Assembly: GCF_900766215.1 (NCBI RefSeq)
Contig: NZ_CAAFUQ010000095.1
Location: 8,545-72,544, forward strand
DNA: 64,000 nt
Origin: an uncultured Finegoldia sp.
GTDB taxonomy: Bacteria > Bacillota > Clostridia > Tissierellales > Peptoniphilaceae
Reading direction: 5' to 3'
Positions 1 to 9,867 of the stretch are shown here, piece by piece. The notes under the pieces were generated by a model. The model ran no database searches. It saw only the letters and a list, made by a program, of their open reading frames with translations, and was not told the origin of the DNA. Numbering within the stretch: position 1 is the stretch's first letter; each line of letters starts with the position of its first letter. Made by a program: the position numbers and the translations under genes.

Positions 1-1
1 T

Positions 2-313
2 TTGGAAGATTGCATGGTAGAATTTTCTAATCATAAATGGAAATGTGTTGATAAAGGATTTGCAAAAAATGAAAATGTCCAAGTCGTTATAAGGCCTGAA
101 GATGTGGAGATAGTTGCCCCAGAAAAAGGACAAATCAAAGGTACAGTTATAAGCGACAGATTTAAAGGAATTCACTACGAAATGTTCGTTGACACTGGAG
201 ATTTCAAATATAAAGCCCAATCAACTATCAACAAACCTCAAGGAAGTATGGTAGGAATTAACATTGATCCAGATAATATTCATATTATGAAGAGGTGCGG
301 CAATGAAGCTTAA
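2..313 (+). CDS. potA: Spermidine/putrescine ABC transporter ATP-binding subunit, C-terminal regulatory (TOBE-like) part; 5' end is outside the window
   Basis: ORF truncated at the window start. It lies immediately upstream of two permease genes and a PotD-like binding protein, and the C-terminal sequence is typical of PotA/MalK-type regulatory domains. Confidence 0.7.
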   Translation: MEDCMVEFSNHKWKCVDKGFAKNENVQVVIRPEDVEIVAPEKGQIKGTVISDRFKGIHYEMFVDTGDFKYKAQSTINKPQGSMVGINIDPDNIHIMKRCGNEA

Positions 314-1112
314 GAAATTATCCATTCCTTACGCTATTTGGATATTATTTTTCATTGTATTTCCGTTGTTTCTTATAGTATACTATTCAGTTACAACTGG
401 ATCATTGAGAGATTTTTCCAATCCACAATTTTCGCTTGAATACTTTCACAGATTTTTCACATCAAAATATGTAAAAGTGCTTTTGAATTCAATAAGATTG
501 GCTTTTATTAGTACAGTAATTTGTTTGCTGATAGGTTATCCAACAGCTTATTTTATAAGTAAAGTAGACAAAAAATACAAGGCTGTGTTGATGCTTATGA
601 TAGTTATTCCTATGTGGATGAACTTTTTGTTGAGAACTTATGCGTGGATTATTTTAACTGGTAAAAACGGGATAATCAACAGTATGTTGATACATTTTGG
701 TTTTTCTCCAATTAAAATGCTTTACACTGAAGGAGCTATTTTAATGGGGATGGTTTACAATTTCTTACCTTTTATGATACTTCCTATTTTCTCAATATTA
801 GACAAATCAGATTATTCACTAGTAGAAGCAAGTTACGATTTGGGAGCATCTAAGTTGCAAACTTTTTTAAGAGTAGTGTTTCCGATGAGTTTGCCTGGAG
901 TTATTACGGGAATTACAATGGTGTTTATTCCTGCTATATCTACATTTGAAATATCTGCGTTACTTGGTGGTAACAAATACAATTTGATTGGTAATATAAT
1001 TGAGCATCAATTCAGAATAGCAGGAAACTGGCATTACGGTAGTGCAATTTCTGTAGTGCTTATCATTATGATTTTAATTTCATTAGCTTTTACGAATGAG
1101 AAGGGAGAATAA
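303..1112 (+). CDS. potB: Spermidine/putrescine ABC transporter permease
   Basis: 269 aa with six predicted transmembrane segments and an ABC-permease EAS-type loop (EASYDLGAS...FxxVxxP). It overlaps the potA stop. Confidence 0.8.
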   Translation: MKLKKLSIPYAIWILFFIVFPLFLIVYYSVTTGSLRDFSNPQFSLEYFHRFFTSKYVKVLLNSIRLAFISTVICLLIGYPTAYFISKVDKKYKAVLMLMIVIPMWMNFLLRTYAWIILTGKNGIINSMLIHFGFSPIKMLYTEGAILMGMVYNFLPFMILPIFSILDKSDYSLVEASYDLGASKLQTFLRVVFPMSLPGVITGITMVFIPAISTFEISALLGGNKYNLIGNIIEHQFRIAGNWHYGSAISVVLIIMILISLAFTNEKGE

Positions 1113-1113
1113 A

Positions 1114-1887
1114 ATGAAAGAATTTTTCAAGAAATTTTACTTAGCATTGGTGTTTTTGTTTCTTTACGGACCAATTGCTGTATTAATGGTATTTTCATTT
1201 AACGATTCTCGTTTGAAGGGAAGCTGGGTTGGATTTACGTTCAAATGGTACAAGGAATTATTGCACAACGAAGAAATCTTGTCTTCTTTTAAAACCACAA
1301 TATTAATTGCAATATTAGCTACAATAATTGCAACAATTTTAGGAACAATAGCAGCAATAGGAATTTATTATTTGAGAGGATACAAGAAAACTTTGCTTTT
1401 AAATATGAATTATCTTCCAGTTTTAAATCCTGATATAGTGACGGCAGTAAGTTTGATGGTAATATTTAACTTGATGAATTTTCCATTCGGATTTTTCACG
1501 ATGTTATTATCACACATAACATTTACAACTCCATATGTAATACTTGCAGTGTTGCCGAAATTATCGCAGATGAATAAGTTCTTGCCAGAGGCTGCTATGG
1601 ATATGGGAGCGACACCTTTTTATACTTTGAGAAAAGTTGTACTTCCTGAAATAAAAACGGGCGTATTTTCAGGAAGCTTGTTGGCATTTACACTTAGTAT
1701 TGATGATTTTGTAATAAGCTTCTTCACGACAGGTCATGGCGTGTCAAACTTATCAGTTACTGTGTATTCTATGGCAAAGAAAGGCGTAAATCCAGCAATT
1801 AATGCGTTGAGTACAATCATGTTTTTAGTAATGGTTATTCTGTTGTTGATTCTTCACAAGAGAACAAATCTATTGGAGGAATTGTAA
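1114..1887 (+). CDS. potC: Spermidine/putrescine ABC transporter permease
   Basis: Second ABC permease with an EAA-like loop (EAAMDMGATPFYTLRKVVLP). The ATG at 1114 is preferred over the listed 1096 because a GGGAG sequence sits 6 nt upstream. Confidence 0.8.
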   Translation: MKEFFKKFYLALVFLFLYGPIAVLMVFSFNDSRLKGSWVGFTFKWYKELLHNEEILSSFKTTILIAILATIIATILGTIAAIGIYYLRGYKKTLLLNMNYLPVLNPDIVTAVSLMVIFNLMNFPFGFFTMLLSHITFTTPYVILAVLPKLSQMNKFLPEAAMDMGATPFYTLRKVVLPEIKTGVFSGSLLAFTLSIDDFVISFFTTGHGVSNLSVTVYSMAKKGVNPAINALSTIMFLVMVILLLILHKRTNLLEEL

Positions 1888-1888
1888 G

Positions 1889-2914
1889 ATGAGAAAATTT
1901 TTATTATTTTTATTAACTATATTGGTTTTAACTTCTTGCTCCAAAGATGATTCAAATGTTTTGTATGTCTACAATTGGGGAGAATACATCGAGCCAGCTT
2001 TGATAGAAAAGTTTGAAAAAGAAACGGGAATTAAAGTAATATATGATACTTTTGAGCAAAATGAAGATATGTATATGAAAGTAAAAGAAGGTGGAAATAA
2101 CTATGATGTTGTCGTTCCTTCAGATTATATGGCTGAAAAGATGATAAAACAAGGAATGCTTGAAAAAATTGATTACAGCAAAATTCCTAATTTTAAATAC
2201 ATCGACGAAAAATTTAGAAATTTGGATTACGACCCAAAAAACGAATACACAGTACCGTATATGTGGGGAACTGTTGGAATTCTTTACAATAAAAACAAAG
2301 TAAAAGAAAAAGTGGATAGCTGGAATATTTTGTGGGACGAAAAGTACAAGGACAACATTATTATGATGAACTCCACACGAGATACACTTGGTGTAGCTTT
2401 GAAAAGACTGGGATATTCAATGAATTCTAGAAATGAAGCTGAATTAGAAAAAGCAAAAGAATCATTGATTAAACAAAAAGACATTGTACTCGCTTATCTT
2501 GTAGATGAAACGAAAAATCAAATGGCAAATGAAGAAGCAGACCTTGCTGTGATGTATTCTGGCGATGCGATTGTCGCAAAGGGTGAGAATGAAAACTTGG
2601 AATATGTAATTCCAAAAGAAGGTTCAAATTTGTGGTTTGACACATTAGCTATTTTGAAAAATGCAAAACACAAAGAAAATGCCGAAAAATTTATAAATTT
2701 TTTGACAGAGCCTGAGAATGCAAAAGTTAATGCCGATTATATTGGTTATTCTCTTCCATCTACAGAAGCAAAAAAACTTTTGGATAAGGAAGTTCAAGAA
2801 GATAAGACAGCTTATCCAGATTTATCAAAACATAAGAATATGGAAATATTTAAAGATCCATCAGATTTTGTAGAAAAATACGATGATATTTGGGCTGATA
2901 TAAAAGCAAATTAA
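1889..2914 (+). CDS. potD: Spermidine/putrescine-binding periplasmic lipoprotein
   Basis: Signal peptide followed by an LTSC lipobox; PotD/PotF family fold signature; last gene of the pot operon. Confidence 0.8.
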   Translation: MRKFLLFLLTILVLTSCSKDDSNVLYVYNWGEYIEPALIEKFEKETGIKVIYDTFEQNEDMYMKVKEGGNNYDVVVPSDYMAEKMIKQGMLEKIDYSKIPNFKYIDEKFRNLDYDPKNEYTVPYMWGTVGILYNKNKVKEKVDSWNILWDEKYKDNIIMMNSTRDTLGVALKRLGYSMNSRNEAELEKAKESLIKQKDIVLAYLVDETKNQMANEEADLAVMYSGDAIVAKGENENLEYVIPKEGSNLWFDTLAILKNAKHKENAEKFINFLTEPENAKVNADYIGYSLPSTEAKKLLDKEVQEDKTAYPDLSKHKNMEIFKDPSDFVEKYDDIWADIKAN

Positions 2915-2920
2915 ATTGAT

Positions 2921-2953
2921 AAAGTGCGAGAGAAATTCTTTTGCACTTTTTTC
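2921..2953 (+). terminator. Rho-independent terminator after potD
   Basis: Hairpin aaagtgc...gcacttt followed by a T-run. Confidence 0.6.
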
Positions 2954-3017
2954 ATTTGAGATTGAATAATAAACGGATTTTTCATATAATATGAGTAGTT
3001 AAGAAATTGGAGGAAAT

Positions 3018-3851
3018 ATGTTTATAGAAATATTAAAAGTTATTCTTTTAGGAATTATTGAAGGAATAACAGAATGGTTGCCAGTTAGTTCAACTGGTCA
3101 TATTTTATTATTGGACGAATTTATCAAATTGAACATGTCAGATGCTTTCAAATCAATGTTTACCGTTGTAATTCAATTGGGGGCAATCTTGGCAGTCGTA
3201 GTAATTTACTGGAACAAAGTGTGGCCATTTAAGAAAGGTCAAACTCATTTGATATCAATTAGTAAAAGCAAAATGATAATGTGGGCAAAAATAATTGTTG
3301 CGTGCATTCCAGCGGCTATTATTGGTATAAAATTTGATGATTTTATCGAAGAACACTTTTATAATTATTTTGTAATTTCATTAGCACTAATAATTTTCGG
3401 TATTTTGTTTATTATAATTGAAAATAAAAACAAAGAATCACACAAAAAATTAGTCGATAGTATCGATAAAATTACTTACAAACAAGCTTTTATAGTAGGA
3501 TTATTCCAAGTAATTGCAGCGATATTCCCAGGTACATCACGTTCGGGAGCTACGATTTTGGGAGGTATTGCCATAGGATTATCCAGAACAGTTGCAGCTG
3601 AATTTACATTTTTCTTGGCAATTCCAACAATGTTTGGAGCAAGTTTACTAAAACTTGTGAAATTTGGATTTAGTTTTACAGCAATGGAAGCATTCGTTTT
3701 ATTATTGGGAACTGCAGTTAGCTTTGTTGTATCTGTAATTACAATTAAATTCTTAATGAATTACATCAAAAACAATGATTTCAAAGTGTTTGGTTATTAC
3801 AGAATAGCTCTTGGCGTATTGGTTCTAATTTATTTCGGACTAATCAGATAG
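3018..3851 (+). CDS. uppP: Undecaprenyl-diphosphatase (BacA/UppP)
   Basis: N-terminal EGITEWLPVSSTGH motif and the PGTSRSG motif, with 8 predicted TM helices. RBS GGAGG upstream. Confidence 0.9.
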   Translation: MFIEILKVILLGIIEGITEWLPVSSTGHILLLDEFIKLNMSDAFKSMFTVVIQLGAILAVVVIYWNKVWPFKKGQTHLISISKSKMIMWAKIIVACIPAAIIGIKFDDFIEEHFYNYFVISLALIIFGILFIIIENKNKESHKKLVDSIDKITYKQAFIVGLFQVIAAIFPGTSRSGATILGGIAIGLSRTVAAEFTFFLAIPTMFGASLLKLVKFGFSFTAMEAFVLLLGTAVSFVVSVITIKFLMNYIKNNDFKVFGYYRIALGVLVLIYFGLIR

Positions 3852-3977
3852 TTGTGATATAATAATTAGAAGGAATAGTTGCAATTATTCCTAAATGAAC
3901 ATTAGAAAACATAGACGAATATATATTTGAAAAAATAAGTTGTAGCGACTTATTTTTTTATTGATACATAAGGAGTT

Positions 3978-6155
3978 ATGATGAATTTAGATAATTTAAA
4001 TGACAGACAAAGAGAAGCAGTCGAAAACACAGATGGTCCTATGTTGATATTGGCAGGAGCAGGAAGTGGGAAGACAAAAGTTTTGACTACGAAAATTGCA
4101 TATTGTTTAGAGAAAGGATTGTGTTCAAAATACGAAATTTTGGCAATTACCTTTACAAACAAAGCTGCCAAAGAAATGAAAGAAAGGGTCGAAAATATCC
4201 TGCAAGAAGACGTAGACAGCATGTGGATAGGAACTTTTCATGCCATTTGTTCTAGAATACTGAGAGTAGAAATAGAGAGAATTGGCTTCGAAAGAAACTT
4301 TACAGTTTATGACAGAGCAGATCAAATATCTCTTGTAAAAGAATGTTTAAAGGATATGGGAGTAGATCCTAAAAATGTCGAAATCAAAAACGAAATCAAT
4401 ACAATTTCTAGATTAAAAAATGCAGGTGCTACAGAAAAAAATATCGACAAAGAAGATTTTGATATAAGTTTAAGCACTTTTACTATGGAATTATTCCAAA
4501 AATACGAACACAAATTAAAAAGATACAATTCGTTAGACTTTGATGATTTGATTGTGAAGACTAATTTGTTGTTCGAAGAAAATCCCGACTTGAGAGAAAA
4601 ATATTCTGAAAGATTTAAGTACGTGTTTGTCGATGAATACCAAGATACAAACGATACACAATACGAGCTTATCAAAAATTTGGTTTCTAAAAACGATAAT
4701 ATTTGCTGTGTAGGAGATTCTGATCAATCAATTTACGGCTGGAGAGGAGCAAACATACAAAACATTCAAAACTTTGAAAAAGATTTTAAGAATGCAAAAG
4801 TTATTTTATTGGAACAAAATTATCGTTCAACACAACCTATTTTGGATTTGGCAAACACGGTGATTAAAAACAATTCACTTAGAAAAGATAAGAATTTATG
4901 GACTGCCAAAAACGAAGGGGATATGCCTATATATAGAAGAATGTATTCTGATATAGATGAGGCAGAACAAGTGGTTCAATGGATCGAGCAAGAAAGATAC
5001 AGACAAAACCCATACGAAGAAATGGCGATTTTATACAGAACCAATGCACAATCTAGACTTTTTGAAGAAAGATTGAATAGACTAGGAATTCCTAATAGAG
5101 TTGTAGGTGGATTGAAATTCTACGATAGAAAAGAAATCAAAGATTGCGTTAGCTATCTTAGAATTGTTGAAAATTTGAATGACAATATGGCATTAAATAG
5201 AATTATCAATGAGCCGAAAAGAGGAATTGGTAAAACAACTATGGATAAGTTGTTGCAATGTTCGCAATCAAGAGGAATTAGTATGATGGAATACATCAAA
5301 AATACAGATCTTCCTGATTTTTCAAATGCTACAGCTAAAAAGCTTCAAGAGTTTTATTATTTAATTAAAAGCTTTCCGAAAGATGAGATGAATGTTGCAG
5401 AACTTATGGAATATATTCTGGACAAAACAGGATACAGAGCTAATCTTGAAAAATCAAATAATAGAGATGATAAGACGAGGTTGGAAAATATTGACGAATA
5501 CATTTCATCCTTATATCAATTTGTTCAAGATAATCCTGATAAAAACTTGAGAGAATATTTGGAAACTTCATCACTTATGACCGATTTAGATAAAACTGAT
5601 GATAATACAAAAGGTGTATCGATGATGACAATCCACGCGGCAAAAGGATTGGAGTTTGATGTTGTATTTTTCACTGGTCTAGAAGAAGGTACTATTCCAT
5701 CAAGAATTGATGAAGATGTAGAAGAAGAGAGAAGATTGTGCTACGTTGCAATCACAAGGGCAAGAAAAAAATTGTACATTACAAGTGTGCAATCGAGAAG
5801 AAGATTTAACGAATTTCAAACAAAAGCTGAATCGAGGTTTATAGAGGAAATGGAAAACAAATACAAAGACGAATCTCCTAATAAAGAGGTTAGTTTTAGA
5901 GAATCGTTCAACACAAAAGTAGTTGACGATTACAGGACAGAAGCATCAGCTTCAATCACTAAGAAACAAAATGCTGTTACTAAAAACAATGAAAAGTACA
6001 GAGCTGGAGATAAGGTTTCACACAAGAAGTTCGGAACTGGTGTAATCGTTGGAATTGTAGAAAAAGACAATGGAGATGAGTTGACGATTAATTTCGACAA
6101 AAAAGGATTGAAGAAGCTAAATTCCTCACTAGCACCACTAACAAGGGTTGAATAA
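3978..6155 (+). CDS. pcrA: ATP-dependent DNA helicase PcrA (UvrD family)
   Basis: Walker A GAGSGKTKVLT; DEYQDTN (motif II); GDSDQSIYGWRGA (motif III); helicase motifs V/VI; C-terminal Tudor-like tail. The alternative start at 3981 has better RBS spacing. Confidence 0.9.
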   Translation: MMNLDNLNDRQREAVENTDGPMLILAGAGSGKTKVLTTKIAYCLEKGLCSKYEILAITFTNKAAKEMKERVENILQEDVDSMWIGTFHAICSRILRVEIERIGFERNFTVYDRADQISLVKECLKDMGVDPKNVEIKNEINTISRLKNAGATEKNIDKEDFDISLSTFTMELFQKYEHKLKRYNSLDFDDLIVKTNLLFEENPDLREKYSERFKYVFVDEYQDTNDTQYELIKNLVSKNDNICCVGDSDQSIYGWRGANIQNIQNFEKDFKNAKVILLEQNYRSTQPILDLANTVIKNNSLRKDKNLWTAKNEGDMPIYRRMYSDIDEAEQVVQWIEQERYRQNPYEEMAILYRTNAQSRLFEERLNRLGIPNRVVGGLKFYDRKEIKDCVSYLRIVENLNDNMALNRIINEPKRGIGKTTMDKLLQCSQSRGISMMEYIKNTDLPDFSNATAKKLQEFYYLIKSFPKDEMNVAELMEYILDKTGYRANLEKSNNRDDKTRLENIDEYISSLYQFVQDNPDKNLREYLETSSLMTDLDKTDDNTKGVSMMTIHAAKGLEFDVVFFTGLEEGTIPSRIDEDVEEERRLCYVAITRARKKLYITSVQSRRRFNEFQTKAESRFIEEMENKYKDESPNKEVSFRESFNTKVVDDYRTEASASITKKQNAVTKNNEKYRAGDKVSHKKFGTGVIVGIVEKDNGDELTINFDKKGLKKLNSSLAPLTRVE

Positions 6156-8143
6156 TGGAAAAGGAAGACAGAATAAAATATTTAGTAGACATACTAAATA
6201 AATACGCTTTTCATTATTATACTTTGGATGATCCTTTGATTGAGGACTCAGAGTATGATGTGTTGTATGATGAGCTTGTGAATCTTGAAAAAGAAACTGG
6301 AGTTGTTCTGCCAAATTCTCCGACAAATAGGATTGGTGGAGAAGTTTTATCGGGATTTGAAAAGCATGTGCACTTGAATTCGTTGTACAGTTTAGGAAAA
6401 GCACAAAGCAAAGAAGAAGTAAGAAATTGGGTCAATAAAACCATTGAATTTGTAGAAAATTACAATAAAAATCACGTGAACAAATTACCTCAAGTTGAAT
6501 TTTATGTTGAATTTAAGTTTGACGGTTTGACAGTAAATTTGACATATGATGGCGGATATTTGGTGATGGCGACTACAAGAGGTAACGGTACTATCGGAGA
6601 AGTTATTACAAACCAAGTGAGAACTATCAATTCAATTCCATTGAAAATAAATGACACGAGATTGATGGAAATTCAGGGTGAAGGAGTAATGCCACTTTCT
6701 TCATTAGAAAAATACAACCAAACTCATGAACCAAAACTCAAAAATGCGAGAAATGCAGCAGCAGGAGCTCTTAGAAATTTAGACCCAGCTGTTACAAGAG
6801 AAAGAAACTTGGATGCTTATTTCTACAATGTAAATTATTTGGAAGAAAACGGGCTTGAAACTCAAGAACAAATGATGAAGTTTTTGGGAGATAATTATTT
6901 CAAATTGTATCCATACGAAAAACACGCAACATCATTCGAAGAAATTTCAGAATTTATTGATGAGATTTTTGAATTAAGAAATGAAATCGACGTTTTAACA
7001 GATGGTGTGGTAATTAAAGTAAATGATTTTAAAACAAGAGAAAAATTAGGCTACACTAACAAATTTCCAAGATGGGCAATAGCTTACAAGTTTGAACCTG
7101 AAAGATTTACAACAATTGTAAAAGAAGTTGAATGGAATGTTGGAAGGACTGGAAAAGTAACGCCGACGGCTTTGCTGGAGCCTGTAGAAATTGGAAATGT
7201 AACTGTAAAAAGAGCTACACTTAATAATATTGACGACATTGAAAGAAAACAAGTAAGATTGAATTCAGAAGTTTTCGTTAGAAGGTCAAACGATGTAATC
7301 CCAGAAATAATGGGAGTTGTAAATCCTGACCAAGAAGATACGGAAGAAATTGAAATTCCACATTACTGTCCATATTGTCACAGTGAATTATTTAGAGATG
7401 GAGTTCATATTTTCTGTCCAAATTCAATGAGTTGTACTCCACAATTGGTTAAGAGAATGGTTCATTTTGCAAGTAGAAATGCAATGAATATCGATGGATT
7501 GAGCGAAAAAACATTGGAAGTTTTACTAGAAAAACTCAATATAAAATCAATTGAAGAAATCTACGATGTAAAAAAAGAACAGTTGTTGCAATTAGAAGGA
7601 TTTAAAGAAAAGAAGAGCCAAAATCTGATAAATGCAATTGAAAAGAGTAAAAATGTTGATTTGGCAAACTTTATTTTTGCACTTGGAATTCCTGAAATCG
7701 GAGAGAAGACAAGCTTTGAATTAGCACAAAAATATAAGAGTTTTGATAATTTGAGAGAAGCGAAGTTTGACGAATTAATTCAAATCGAAGATATTGGAAA
7801 TGTTATTGCAGAAGAAATCGTAGAATTTTTCCATGACGAAACTATTTCTCATTCTATAGATTCACTTCTATCAAAAGGAATTAAAATTAAAAACCCTGAA
7901 AATATTGAAAAGAAATTGGATAATTTAACTTTTGTTTTGACAGGAAGTTTGGTAAATTATTCTAGAAAAGAACTTACAGACAAGTTATCGAATTTGGGAG
8001 CAAAAGTTTCATCTTCTGTTTCTAAAAACACTGATTACGTGGTATATGGAGAAAAAGCTGGATCCAAACTTACAAAAGCGAAGGATTTGGGTGTAAAATT
8101 AATGACAGAAGATGAATTGAATTCATTCTTAGACAACTTATAA
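6155..8143 (+). CDS. ligA: NAD-dependent DNA ligase LigA
   Basis: KxDG adenylation motif (EFKFDGLTVNL), four-Cys Zn finger (CPYCHS...CPN..C), HhH and C-terminal BRCT domains. The start overlaps the pcrA stop, giving the conserved pcrA-ligA synteny. Confidence 0.92.
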   Translation: MEKEDRIKYLVDILNKYAFHYYTLDDPLIEDSEYDVLYDELVNLEKETGVVLPNSPTNRIGGEVLSGFEKHVHLNSLYSLGKAQSKEEVRNWVNKTIEFVENYNKNHVNKLPQVEFYVEFKFDGLTVNLTYDGGYLVMATTRGNGTIGEVITNQVRTINSIPLKINDTRLMEIQGEGVMPLSSLEKYNQTHEPKLKNARNAAAGALRNLDPAVTRERNLDAYFYNVNYLEENGLETQEQMMKFLGDNYFKLYPYEKHATSFEEISEFIDEIFELRNEIDVLTDGVVIKVNDFKTREKLGYTNKFPRWAIAYKFEPERFTTIVKEVEWNVGRTGKVTPTALLEPVEIGNVTVKRATLNNIDDIERKQVRLNSEVFVRRSNDVIPEIMGVVNPDQEDTEEIEIPHYCPYCHSELFRDGVHIFCPNSMSCTPQLVKRMVHFASRNAMNIDGLSEKTLEVLLEKLNIKSIEEIYDVKKEQLLQLEGFKEKKSQNLINAIEKSKNVDLANFIFALGIPEIGEKTSFELAQKYKSFDNLREAKFDELIQIEDIGNVIAEEIVEFFHDETISHSIDSLLSKGIKIKNPENIEKKLDNLTFVLTGSLVNYSRKELTDKLSNLGAKVSSSVSKNTDYVVYGEKAGSKLTKAKDLGVKLMTEDELNSFLDNL

Positions 8144-8193
8144 ATTTAATTTATTTATGATAAAATTTAATCATGAATTAAAAAGGAGTTAGT

Positions 8194-8475
8194 ATGATTA
8201 ATCGAGATGAAGTAATAAAAATCTATGATTTGGCTAACCTTGAGTTAACTGAAAACGTGGATGATTTATATGAAAAATACAATACTGTATTGGATTTTGC
8301 AAGTATGATTATGGAATGTGACACTGAAGGTGTGGAATACATGGAATTCTTGCCACAATATCACAGCATACTTAGAGAAGATACACCAAAAGAATCAATT
8401 GCAAGAGAAGTTGCGTTGAAGAATGCAAAATCTCGTGAGTATGGTTATTTTAAATTGAAGAAAGTGGTGGAATAA
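8194..8475 (+). CDS. gatC: Asp-tRNA(Asn)/Glu-tRNA(Gln) amidotransferase subunit C
   Basis: 93-aa protein directly upstream of gatA and gatB; RBS AAAGGAG. Confidence 0.8.
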   Translation: MINRDEVIKIYDLANLELTENVDDLYEKYNTVLDFASMIMECDTEGVEYMEFLPQYHSILREDTPKESIAREVALKNAKSREYGYFKLKKVVE

Positions 8476-9866
8476 TGATAGAAAATCTTAGAAATAAATT
8501 TGTAGAAAATCCTGAAAGTTTAAGGGACTACTACAATGATTTGGATAAATTAATAGAATCAAAAAAAGATTTGAATGTATTCATAACTTACGACAAATCA
8601 TTCGTTGACCAACAAGTTGAAAAGCTAATTGAAAAAGCAAACAACAACGAAAATTTGGGAAAAATGTTTGGTATTGCAGTTAGTGTTAAGGACAACATTA
8701 ATGTAAAAGATTTGAAGATGACTTGTGGATCAAAAATGTTAGAAGATTATGTTTCAATTTACGATGCTACTGTAATCAAAAAATTAAAAGAAGAAGACTG
8801 CGTTATAGTTGGAAAAGTTAATATGGATGAATTTGCAATGGGTTCTTCTTCTGAAACAAGTTATTTTGGACCTACTAAAAATCCTGTGGACACAAAATTA
8901 ATCCCAGGCGGTTCATCATCAGGATCAGCTGCTAGTGTCAAAGCTGAGATGGCTGTTGTAAGTTTGGGAACTGACACAGGTGGATCTAGTAGACAACCAG
9001 CATCTTGTTGTAATGTCGTTGGATTTATGCCAACTTATGGTTCGATTTCTAGATTCGGAGTTCAATCTATGGCAAATACTTTGGACGAAGTTGGGATATT
9101 ATCAAATTCTGTTGAAGATATAATGGATACTTACAATGTAATTGCAGGTCACGATGACAATGATATGACTACAATCCAATCTGAAGTAAATGTTCAAAAG
9201 AAAGATTATGATTTTAAAGGCAAAAAAATTGCCGTTGTTGATTTGAAAAAATACAGCAATGATGAAACAGTTATCAACGAATACAAAGAAATATTGGAAA
9301 TTCTAAAAAATATGGGAGCAGATTTAGTAGAAATCGACTTCGAATATTTAAAATACGCAAATGCTTTATACAACGTAATCGTAACTAGTGAAGTATCATC
9401 TAATATGTCAAGATTTGATGGAATTAGATATGGATATTTGACAGATGATTATGAAAATACAAGAGATTTGTTCGTTAAAGTAAGAAGCGAAGGATTTGGC
9501 GAAGAAGTTAAGAGAAGAATAGCGATGGGAACTTTTTATCTAGCAAGTTCCAATGACCAAAAAATTTACAAACAAGGTTTAAAAGTTAGAAATCTACTTT
9601 CACAAGAGTTCAAAAATATCTTCAAAGATTTTGATTTGATTGCTACACCTACAATGACAAGCTTACCTTATGAATTAGACAGCAGAAAAGACGATCCATT
9701 GGCTGTGTACGATTCAGGTATTTTCAATGTAATTGTAAACTTGAGTGGATTGTGTGCTATTTCAATTCCTTACAAATCAGGAATATCAACTAGTTTGCAA
9801 CTAATTGCAAATAGTCACGACGAAGAAAATTTATTGAATGCAGCTTTAGCGTTTGAAAGGAGATAG
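8475..9866 (+). CDS. gatA: Glu-tRNA(Gln) amidotransferase subunit A (amidase)
   Basis: Amidase signature GGSSSGSAASV with the catalytic Ser-cisSer-Lys context. Confidence 0.9.
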   Translation: MIENLRNKFVENPESLRDYYNDLDKLIESKKDLNVFITYDKSFVDQQVEKLIEKANNNENLGKMFGIAVSVKDNINVKDLKMTCGSKMLEDYVSIYDATVIKKLKEEDCVIVGKVNMDEFAMGSSSETSYFGPTKNPVDTKLIPGGSSSGSAASVKAEMAVVSLGTDTGGSSRQPASCCNVVGFMPTYGSISRFGVQSMANTLDEVGILSNSVEDIMDTYNVIAGHDDNDMTTIQSEVNVQKKDYDFKGKKIAVVDLKKYSNDETVINEYKEILEILKNMGADLVEIDFEYLKYANALYNVIVTSEVSSNMSRFDGIRYGYLTDDYENTRDLFVKVRSEGFGEEVKRRIAMGTFYLASSNDQKIYKQGLKVRNLLSQEFKNIFKDFDLIATPTMTSLPYELDSRKDDPLAVYDSGIFNVIVNLSGLCAISIPYKSGISTSLQLIANSHDEENLLNAALAFERR

Positions 9867-9867
9867 C

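Noticed and set aside
4125-4727. Several 60-117 aa minus-strand ORFs inside pcrA
   Set aside because: All are internal to pcrA on the opposite strand, with no start context. They are typical stop-codon-poor antisense frames.
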